Source of the DNA: Chloroflexota bacterium
Lineage (GTDB): Bacteria > Chloroflexota > Anaerolineae > UBA4142
Assembly: GCA_016865935.1 (NCBI GenBank)
Contig: VGOB01000030.1
Span: 1-34,298, forward strand
DNA: 34,298 bases
Reading direction: 5' to 3'
Made by a program: the position numbers and the translations under genes. The notes beneath the pieces are model-generated. The model saw only the letters and a list, made by a program, of their open reading frames with translations. It had not been told where the DNA came from and did not search any database. Shown here piece after piece: positions 23,680 to 30,362 of the stretch. Each line of letters starts with the position of its first letter. Position 1 is the first letter of the stretch.

Positions 23680-23894
23680 TCGCTTACCTCGCTTTTGCAG
23701 TGGAGTTCAATGTATTCGACAATCGCCCCGCATAGTTGTTTGCTAGGCGATACGTCGCCCATTGGAAACTGGAATGGCGGATAGCCGCTTTTTTCGAGAC
23801 ACCAAAAAGACGGTCGACCTGGGAGGGTCGCTGTGTATCGTCGTGCTACCCATCCGCGCGTGATTTGGATTTCGTTGTTCGGGAGATGTTCCAT
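23676..23894 (-). CDS. hypothetical small protein
   Basis: 72-aa ORF. Confidence 0.3.
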   Translation of the reverse strand: MEHLPNNEIQITRGWVARRYTATLPGRPSFWCLEKSGYPPFQFPMGDVSPSKQLCGAIVEYIELHCKSEVSE

Positions 23895-24110
23895 TTACCC
23901 TTCTTTTTTCCTCGTGGTCGGTAGTATTTGCAGTGGTGCATCGCGCCGGATTTTGTCCAAACGCAGGGGTAGCGCGTTTTTTTGATGTAACTTGATTTGT
24001 GTCCGCAAATTTGCATTCCGCTGACTGAGACTGACGTATATGGCGCGATCGGCGAGGGAATGAATGTTTGCTCGGGGTAGCGTCCTGCTAAATGGATGCA
24101 GTTGTTTGTG

Positions 24111-24449
24111 TTATTTGATGTCATTCGGGATCAATTCTTTCTCGATGGCAATGTACTTGCTGCGGAGATTGCTCATCGCGTCAAGAGTGCTGACGATTGC
24201 AACATCAAACCACCACCGGCGCAAGAACGTCCAACGGGCTGGAATGAGTTCGAGTACGTCGAATCGCCATTTGGGAAATTGGTACTCGCTTTCATAGCAG
24301 AGTGGGCAGGGGCGAAAAATTTTTTTCCGCACTTCGGTTAGCTCGATAGAAAAATAGTTGGGTGTGACCAACCGACACCAGGGGCGGATTTTGTGATACA
24401 ACCGTCCCTGGTATCTAACCAGGACGAATTTATCGTTTTGCGGTTTCAT
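24111..24449 (-). CDS. hypothetical protein (Cys pair CPLC)
   Basis: ORF starting at the internal Met MKPQNDKF. Confidence 0.35.
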   Translation of the reverse strand: MKPQNDKFVLVRYQGRLYHKIRPWCRLVTPNYFSIELTEVRKKIFRPCPLCYESEYQFPKWRFDVLELIPARWTFLRRWWFDVAIVSTLDAMSNLRSKYIAIEKELIPNDIK

Positions 24450-24738
24450 CGGGTTTTTCCTTTCTGCCCAAGAAGAGAATGAGATAGCACAGGGCATAGA
24501 GCATTGCTGCGCTATCTGCGATTTGAAACGTCATTTCGACCGGAAAGGTAGGCGCACTGCCTTGACTGACCTGGGTCAGTTCGTCGTCCACGTCTCGCGG
24601 CTCGACCGGCGGGATTGCTTTTACCTTGGCAAAGATCGGACCGTAAGGCGTGGGGATTGGTGTAAATTCGATCATAATCCCCGCGCGCAAAAGTTCGGCG
24701 AGGGCATCGGAATGGGTTTTGATCATTGGCATGTCCAC
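24430..24738 (-). CDS. hypothetical protein with C-terminal TM
   Basis: 102-aa ORF. Confidence 0.4.
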   Translation of the reverse strand: MDMPMIKTHSDALAELLRAGIMIEFTPIPTPYGPIFAKVKAIPPVEPRDVDDELTQVSQGSAPTFPVEMTFQIADSAAMLYALCYLILFLGRKEKPDETAKR

Positions 24739-25559
24739 GCTCCATTTTCATCGTCGGTATGCGCGCGATTGCGTTTCATTTCCTTGTGTTGTTTCGGGGC
24801 GAACGGATTGGACGGATTACCGGCGCGGATATGTTGGACAAAAAAACCTGGTCCTAGTGCTTTGACCTTTTCCGGATTTTTTAGATGGGCGGCGCTGTTG
24901 TGATCGTTGTAGTTGTACCATCCCCGGAGATATTCTTCATTGACGTGCGGCATTTGGGCGAGTTGAATCGCGACATACGCGTCAATGCCTAATTCCATCA
25001 TCATCATTTGGGCGTTGCGTGAAACGTCATCGGGCAATGTGGAAAAATCGGGTTGCGCTGATGATGATGGTTCCTGACGGTTCTTATGACGGTTCAATGA
25101 TGGATCAGGATCGGGGGCAACCGATTGCCCCCTATGATTTACGCGATTTTGCCCCCCCTTGACGCTGGATTGCCCCCCCCCTGCATTTTTTTGCCCCCCT
25201 CGCGCGTTTTTTTGCAGGGGGGCAAACTTTGCACCCTGGGGGGCAAACTTTGCCCCTTTCGGTTTTAGGTCGATTTGATCGGGGTAGGTCCTTAGAAGTT
25301 TGACGTTGATCTGAAATGCGTTTGTGCCTCGGGGCCCGCCGCCAGGGACGGTGATAACTTCTTTGGATTCTTCTACCTTGCGGAGGAGATACCTGGCATT
25401 GCGTTCGCATTGGCGCGCGTAGCGGGTCAATCGGGCGATTGACGGATAAGCGCCGGTCCCGTCGTCGTGCGCGTGATCGGCAATGGCGAGTTCGATCAAC
25501 AGGACTGAACCGCTGTTTTTGGATCGTCGCCAAACCAGGGTCATCATTTCGATGCTCAT
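24723..25559 (-). CDS. replication initiator-like protein with N-terminal HTH_36 (PF13730-type) domain and internal Gly/Gln/Lys repeats
   Basis: SVLLIELAIADHAHDDGTGAYPSIARLTRYARQCERNARYLLRKVEESKEVI matches the HTH_36 pattern (v.l.lad.a...g.cfPS...LA......s.rtv.r.l..Le..g.I). The central part is encoded by an iteron cluster. Confidence 0.5.
   Translation of the reverse strand: MSIEMMTLVWRRSKNSGSVLLIELAIADHAHDDGTGAYPSIARLTRYARQCERNARYLLRKVEESKEVITVPGGGPRGTNAFQINVKLLRTYPDQIDLKPKGAKFAPQGAKFAPLQKNARGGQKNAGGGQSSVKGGQNRVNHRGQSVAPDPDPSLNRHKNRQEPSSSAQPDFSTLPDDVSRNAQMMMMELGIDAYVAIQLAQMPHVNEEYLRGWYNYNDHNSAAHLKNPEKVKALGPGFFVQHIRAGNPSNPFAPKQHKEMKRNRAHTDDENGAWTCQ
25145..25258. repeat. iteron cluster inside the initiator gene: TTTGCCCCCC x3 and inverted GGGGGGCAAACTTTGC x2
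   Basis: ttttGCCCCCCCttgacgctggattGCCCCCCCCCctgcatttttttGCCCCCCtcgcgcgtttttttgcaGGGGGGCAAACTTTGCaccctGGGGGGCAAACTTTGCccc. Confidence 0.6.
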
Positions 25560-25882
25560 TTTTTCTTCCTCATCTTGTCGGCAAGTTCCACGAGGATGAT
25601 TTCCGTCATTTCGGTGATTGTTGCGGGATCAGCATCGTCGAGATCGATGCCGACTTTTTTCAAACGCTGGCGTAACATTCGGTCAATGGTGTCCGCGCTG
25701 ACGATTCCTATTAACCGGCGCTGGTTGACTACCATTCTATTTCCTTGCCCCTGTTCACATTGCGCGACGAGGCGGTAGTTGTGTCCATCGTTGCAAATTG
25801 GATGATCGCCGGTGTCGCCGGCTTCCCAAAGGATTGCGACGTTATGACGCGCGTCGCGTTTTCCGCGGAATCCGTGTGGCAT
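25556..25882 (-). CDS. hypothetical protein
   Basis: 108-aa ORF. Confidence 0.4.
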   Translation of the reverse strand: MPHGFRGKRDARHNVAILWEAGDTGDHPICNDGHNYRLVAQCEQGQGNRMVVNQRRLIGIVSADTIDRMLRQRLKKVGIDLDDADPATITEMTEIILVELADKMRKKK

Positions 25883-26219
25883 AGTTGCTCCTTAGGTTGA
25901 AAAGTTGCGGCTGGGAGTACGCCGACCATTTGAAGACCACGCATTGACCATCCTCGCGCACGGGCTCGGATTGCGTGAAATCGTCCTTGGCGTCGAATGC
26001 CTTGAGAAAGAATTTTTCTTCTCCGGCAATGACGCCCCAAGGGTGCGCGAGTTCTAGGATGAATTTGCTGTCGCGTTCGGAAAAGTAGAATGTGATTTCA
26101 AGATCGCCATCCTTGCGCCGATAGCATTTGAGGGGGTTGCCCGGCTTCCAGGGATTGGCGATCGCGTACTCGCGCATTTGCTTGGTAAGTGCGGGAATGT
26201 CGCGCGATCTAGTCGTCAT
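25842..26219 (-). CDS. hypothetical protein
   Basis: 125-aa ORF. Confidence 0.4.
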   Translation of the reverse strand: MTTRSRDIPALTKQMREYAIANPWKPGNPLKCYRRKDGDLEITFYFSERDSKFILELAHPWGVIAGEEKFFLKAFDAKDDFTQSEPVREDGQCVVFKWSAYSQPQLFNLRSNYATRIPRKTRRAS

Positions 26220-26691
26220 CGGCTTTTTCCTTTCTGCCGCGTTGCTCGGCGCGGCGTTGCCGCTTGCGCCAAAGTTTGGCGCATTCGGCGCGCTGTTTTT
26301 TATTCGTCCCGCAATAGACCTGGTTCACGGTCATCACGGCTGGGCGATGGTGACCTCGACAATTGCGGGGACGAACGTATAGATAGACCTTGTCCGGAAT
26401 TTGATAACGGGAATAGATGATGACGCGCTTGAGGTGTTGCGGGGAATGAAACTGGGTCGTGGTCTCAAGTTCGTCTAGTCGCTTGATCAACCTGGTCGTC
26501 ATTGGGAATGGATTGCGCTTCCGTAAAAGTTTTTTGATGTAACTGCGGGATACTCCAAACTCGTGCGCGAGTCCTTTCAATGACCAACGGGATTTGGTTT
26601 TTTCCCGAAACTGCCGCAATCGGTCAGTTGGGGTGCAAGTGGCTAGAAGGGCGTGTACGGACTTGCCCTCTTTTTTTGACCTGCGGATCAT
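26209..26691 (-). CDS. HTH DNA-binding protein (phage regulator-like)
   Basis: WSLKGLAHEFGVSRSYIKKLL is a helix-turn-helix motif. Confidence 0.45.
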   Translation of the reverse strand: MIRRSKKEGKSVHALLATCTPTDRLRQFREKTKSRWSLKGLAHEFGVSRSYIKKLLRKRNPFPMTTRLIKRLDELETTTQFHSPQHLKRVIIYSRYQIPDKVYLYVRPRNCRGHHRPAVMTVNQVYCGTNKKQRAECAKLWRKRQRRAEQRGRKEKADDD

Positions 26692-26985
26692 TTTGCCCCT
26701 TTTACGCGCCTCTCAGGCGTTATTCCCCTAGTTCCTCCCCTAGTTTTTTTTGCGGTTTTCGCGGTCGGTCGGTCGCGTAAAATCGGGGCTCGCTTGCTTG
26801 GGGCAGGGGTGATGTCGGGATACTTTGCGATGGAAAAGATGGGCGCGGATGTTCGGCTTGGGAAAGCTGGGCGCATTGTGAAAAAAGATTTTTCGGCTTC
26901 CACGGTGATATACCAGTTGAAAGTGGGTGAGTGAAAAATTGAGATCCGCGCGGGGTTGTCTTTTCGATTTCGCCGCGCGTCGAAA

Positions 26986-27014
26986 TTGACACAGAACGTA
27001 TGTTCGGATACAAT
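26986..27014 (+). promoter_or_regulatory. consensus sigma70 promoter (TTGACA, 17-bp spacer, TACAAT) giving a near-leaderless transcript
   Basis: TTGACAcagaacgtatgttcggaTACAAT, with the GTG start 7 nt downstream. Confidence 0.5.
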
Positions 27015-27020
27015 CACGGC

Positions 27021-27377
27021 GTGTCCGATTTGCAACTGGCTGCGTTGATCGTCGTCGCCGGAGTGGCGCTTGCGCTTGCGCTCTGGCTCCGACGCCGGAC
27101 GCGGCGCACACAATCCAAACGCCTGACCGTCCAAGTGATCCCGCCGGCGCCCGCGCCTTCCGAACGGCGCTGGTTGTGGGATTCGCTGACTGCGCGCGAA
27201 ATGCAGGTCGCGCATCTGGTCGTGCAAGGCAAGCGCAACGCGGAAATCGCAGAGGAATTGACCATTAGCGTCCATACCGTCGAATCGCACCTCAAACACA
27301 TCTACGCCAAACTCGGCGTGCATTCGCGCGGTGAATTGACGCGCGTCCTGCGCGATCTACTTGACGCCCTGGCTTGA
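27021..27377 (+). CDS. membrane-anchored LuxR/GerE-family transcriptional regulator
   Basis: N-terminal TM LAALIVVAGVALALALWL, then LTAREMQVAHLVVQGKRNAEIAEELTISVHTVESHLKHIYAKLGV (LuxR-type HTH). Confidence 0.6.
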   Translation: MSDLQLAALIVVAGVALALALWLRRRTRRTQSKRLTVQVIPPAPAPSERRWLWDSLTAREMQVAHLVVQGKRNAEIAEELTISVHTVESHLKHIYAKLGVHSRGELTRVLRDLLDALA

Positions 27378-27629
27378 CGCGCCATGCCAACGCCACTCGC
27401 CCCCCACGATGCAAATGCAGCGCGCTTGCTTGGCGCCCGTGAAGGCGATCAACCCAAGTCGCCGCATGCGTTCCAGTTGATTGCGTGCGACGCTCTTGCT
27501 TGAAATGCAGCAGGCGCGCATCATCTCCGCCAGCGACGGCGAGTTGCCGTCGTGCCGGATTTTGTATTCGACGAGCCAGCCGAAGATTTGCTGAAGGTCA
27601 TATACGGCTCTCTCGCTCGTTTGTTTCAT
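27357..27629 (-). CDS. LexA-N-terminal-like winged-HTH regulator (CI/repressor candidate)
   Basis: QQIFGWLVEYKIRHDGNSPSLAEMMRACCISSKSVARNQLERMRRLGLI resembles the LexA DNA-binding domain. Divergent from the integrase gene. Confidence 0.5.
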   Translation of the reverse strand: MKQTSERAVYDLQQIFGWLVEYKIRHDGNSPSLAEMMRACCISSKSVARNQLERMRRLGLIAFTGAKQARCICIVGGEWRWHGASSQGVK

Positions 27630-27762
27630 TGCGTTGTTTCCCCTTTTGTGGTAAAGTGTCGGTGGAGAGCGGGACGCTTCGCGGGCTAACCCCGCTCCCC
27701 ACCGTTGTTTCGTGCGCGGCATCCTTTTGCCGCGCATTTTTTGTTGGTAACGGAAATCCGTG

Positions 27763-27815
27763 ATACGAAAATCACGGAAAAATCACTACTTTCCGTGATA
27801 GCACAAACGTTCGCT
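27763..27815. promoter_or_regulatory. operator-like TCCGTGAT / ATCACGGA repeats in the regulator-integrase intergenic region
   Basis: aaaTCCGTGATacgaaaATCACGGAaaaatcactacttTCCGTGATagc. The same 8-mer recurs six times in 29302-29490. Confidence 0.5.
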
Positions 27816-27848
27816 TTGTGCTATGCTGGGACTCACAAGGAGTCAGGA

Positions 27849-28766
27849 ATGGAACTTGCCCGCGCGATACAAGCGTTTCTCAACGACGCGGTTGCCCGCG
27901 ACCTCAGCCCGAAAACGAATCAACGGTATCAGTCCGATTTGGCGGATTTGACCCGTTTTCTTGAGCCGCATTCCATCACTTTGCTTGAGCAAGTGACGGC
28001 CGATCTGTTGCGCCTCTACATGACCGATCTCCAAACGCGGAGCAATCAGAGCCGCCCGGATGAAAAACTCTCCCCGTTCACGATCGAGGGGCGGTATCGC
28101 TCGATCAAAACCTTCTTCCGCTGGTGTGAGTGGCAAGAGTACCTGCCCGCCAACCCCATGCGCCGCGTTCGCCGCAACAGACTGCCGGTCCACATCGTGC
28201 CGCGTCTGTCCGAGATGCAAGTTAGGACACTGCTCAATGAAGTCGAGCAAACGATGATGCCGCAACGCAATCTGGCGTTGATCCTGCTGATGGTGGATAG
28301 TGGGCTGCGGCGCGGTGAAGTGCTCGGTCTGAAGATGGCGGACGTCTTCTTGGCGGAACGGCGGGTCCGAGTCTTTGGCAAAGGGCGGAAGGATCGGGAT
28401 GTTCCACTCGGCGATGCTTCCGCTCGTGCACTTGAAGAATGGCTTGCCCTGCGTCCGGTCTGCCTTTGGAATCAGGTATTCCTTAACGATGAGGGGACAC
28501 CCTTTCAGGCGGCCGGAGTGCAGTCATTGTTTGCGCGGTTGCAAGCCCGCGTGGGGGTGCCGCGACTGTATCCCCACTTGCTACGCCATACCTTTGCGGA
28601 GATGTATCTCAAGCAGGTGCGGGATGTGAAGAGTCTGCAACAAATCTTGGGGCATTCCAAAGCCAGCACGACGCTCGACCTCTACGTGGAGCACGATTTC
28701 GACGTTCTGTTGCGGATGCACCAGATCGGCTCGCCGGTGGATGCAATAAAAAAAGCGCACCTATGA
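27849..28766 (+). CDS. int: tyrosine site-specific integrase (XerC/XerD-like phage integrase family)
   Basis: N-terminal SAM-like domain (LSPKTNQRYQSDLADLTRF, YRSIKTFFRW) and catalytic domain (RRGEVLGLKMADV, HLLRHTFA, ILGHSKASTTLDLYVEHD) covering the R..H..R..Y motifs. GGAG RBS. Confidence 0.85.
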   Translation: MELARAIQAFLNDAVARDLSPKTNQRYQSDLADLTRFLEPHSITLLEQVTADLLRLYMTDLQTRSNQSRPDEKLSPFTIEGRYRSIKTFFRWCEWQEYLPANPMRRVRRNRLPVHIVPRLSEMQVRTLLNEVEQTMMPQRNLALILLMVDSGLRRGEVLGLKMADVFLAERRVRVFGKGRKDRDVPLGDASARALEEWLALRPVCLWNQVFLNDEGTPFQAAGVQSLFARLQARVGVPRLYPHLLRHTFAEMYLKQVRDVKSLQQILGHSKASTTLDLYVEHDFDVLLRMHQIGSPVDAIKKAHL

Positions 28767-28782
28767 TTAGGTGCGCTTTGGA
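28749..28782 (+). terminator. rho-independent terminator after int
   Basis: AAAAAAAGCGCACCTatgattAGGTGCGCTTTGG. Confidence 0.5.
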
Positions 28783-28903
28783 TATCCCCAGTTTGCGTGT
28801 GGAAGAATCTATGAACTCGCGTTGCTCTAGGAGAAGCCCTCTTCTCCTGATTCAATAGTGAACGCCTTTGTCTTGGACAGTTTCAGTTTCTCAAATACAA
28901 AGA

Positions 28904-29023
28904 GTTGTGCGATAATGAGAGCGTTCTAGAAGGATAGAGCATCTCCTAGAATGGGGGAATTTCGCAAACACATGGAATTGTGGTATAATGAGGGTGTTCT
29001 AGGAGGATAGGGCATCTCCTAAA
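28904..29023 (+). repeat. two 48-bp direct repeats, each with an extended -10-like box and a GGAGG-sequestering hairpin
   Basis: ttgtgcGATAATgagagcgTTCTAGAAGGATAGAGCATCTCCTAGAa and ttgtggTATAATgagggtgTTCTAGGAGGATAGGGCATCTCCTAAAt, immediately upstream of the tRNA-Gly fragment. Confidence 0.5.
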
Positions 29024-29038
29024 TCAATTGAATGCGTG

Positions 29039-29085
29039 TCTCCTTGCCAAGGAGAAGGTCGCGGGTTCAAATCCCGTCTTCCGCT
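29039..29085 (+). tRNA. partial tRNA-Gly(GCC), 3' half only (anticodon arm to discriminator; no 5' half, no CCA): att-core duplicate
   Basis: TCTCC-TTGCCAA-GGAGA is the anticodon arm, with U33, anticodon GCC and A37. AGGTC is the variable loop. GCGGG-TTCAAAT-CCCGT is the T-arm. CTTCCGC-T is the acceptor 3' strand plus U73. This is near-identical to the 3' half of Firmicutes tRNA-Gly-GCC. The upstream 25 nt cannot form a D-arm or acceptor stem. Confidence 0.6.
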
Positions 29086-29301
29086 CTTCGCCGAAAGGCG
29101 AATGCACAAACTAACTCTATGTAGGTCACCGAAACTGGCTCAGGTAATGAGCTACCGAAAATGGCTCGCTGTGAGTTGGTAAAGTGCGCGACCACCGACA
29201 ACAAAGCACGGTGGTAATTTGTCGAATGGGATCGCGTTCATACTCCTGCCAGGGAAGCGGACGCGATCCTATTCTTATTTAACCACATTCAGGTTCAAAA
29301 A

Positions 29302-29490
29302 GCAATCACGGAAACTAGGTATTTTGACGTGATCTTCGTATCACGGATTTCCGTGACACGGAAAAATTAGAGAGGCATTCGCCTCGCGCAACTGAAAAGT
29401 AATCACGGAAACCAGGTATTTTTCCGTGATATTCGTATGACGGATTTCCGTGATATGGCAAAATCCAGAGACATTCACCTTGTGCAATTC
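29302..29490. repeat. two ~95-bp tandem direct repeats (~80% identical), each carrying three TCCGTGAT-type motifs
   Basis: aATCACGGAaac.aggtatttt...gtgat.ttcgtat.acggatTTCCGTGA... occurs twice. Same motif as 27763-27815. Confidence 0.6.
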
Positions 29491-29545
29491 AATGAGGCAC
29501 GGCACACGGTAGGGCAGGGGGGCGCAGCACTGTCATAATGGCGCG

Positions 29546-29782
29546 TTAGTTGGACGACAAATGACGCGTCCTTTTTTTGTCTGCCTTCACGTAGGTGATC
29601 TGCACTTGGCGGCGCAATCCAAGAACCTTCAAAATAGCGGGACCTGGATCGCGCTTGCCGTGCAAAACATCGCCAATATAAGCCCCTGTGACGCCAATTT
29701 CCTTTGCAAAGGCGCTCTGCGATCCCGCACGGTCTACCATCTTTTGTAGCAACATAACCACTTCATCGCGAGTCATCGCCAA
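29546..29782 (-). CDS. XRE/Cro-C1-type HTH regulator
   Basis: SQSAFAKEIGVTGAYIGDVLHGKRDP is a helix-turn-helix. Confidence 0.5.
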   Translation of the reverse strand: MAMTRDEVVMLLQKMVDRAGSQSAFAKEIGVTGAYIGDVLHGKRDPGPAILKVLGLRRQVQITYVKADKKRTRHLSSN

Positions 29783-30093
29783 GCATTGTAAGCACAGAAG
29801 GTTGATTTGTCAAGTACGATCTTTCGAGTGCTGAATCGTCGCTGTGTAGCGGCGACTCAACGTGCAATCAGGAGACTGCTGAAGTGTTTGAATGCGTTTG
29901 TTCTGACATGTACGTGACTCGGCAACTGCATTACGATTTCCTGCGACAAGGTAAGAAACTGTCGTACACGTTTTGGCGTGTATCGGCAGTTTTTTGTTGG
30001 ACATGCTCGACTGAAAACTGACGCGTGAGTTGGAAATATATTTTCCAACGGGCGGGTACTCTCAAGATAGAACCCGATCTTGGGAGGTACCCG

Positions 30094-30297
30094 ATGGCGC
30101 GATTGTTTGCAGGCGAAAAGGATTGCAAGTCGGACAATATTTTGCGCGTGCTGCAATCTCACGACTTTGGACTACGCGAGAGTGAATTGGCAGATTTTTT
30201 GAAATGGGATCGGCGGACGGTCAACAACTATCTGCGTGATTTGCAAGCGCAAGAACAGGTTCACAAAGAGGGACGACTGTGGTTTGCCGAAGAATAG
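30094..30297 (+). CDS. small winged-HTH protein, paralogous to the N-terminal HTH of the WYL-Cas3 fusion
   Basis: GGGAGG RBS. ILRVLQSHDFGLRESELADFLKWDRRTVNNYLRDLQAQEQVHKEGRLW aligns with VFLTLRRYPNGLTEADLEQDTGLNRRTLNNYLRALETEGKIYKDGLTW. Confidence 0.5.
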   Translation: MARLFAGEKDCKSDNILRVLQSHDFGLRESELADFLKWDRRTVNNYLRDLQAQEQVHKEGRLWFAEE

Positions 30298-30362
30298 CGC
30301 GTGGAAAAACTCATTGCACTAATTTTCCAACTGCAGAATAGAATAAGAATAGAGGAATCACG

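Noticed and set aside
26688-27323. 211-aa minus-strand ORF
   Set aside because: Overlaps the well-supported plus-strand LuxR gene and its consensus promoter. Low-complexity Arg/Pro-rich translation.
28991-29085. A complete tRNA gene
   Set aside because: Only the anticodon arm, variable loop, T-arm and acceptor 3' strand are present. The 25 nt upstream cannot pair as an acceptor 5' strand (GCGGAAG needed) or a D-arm.
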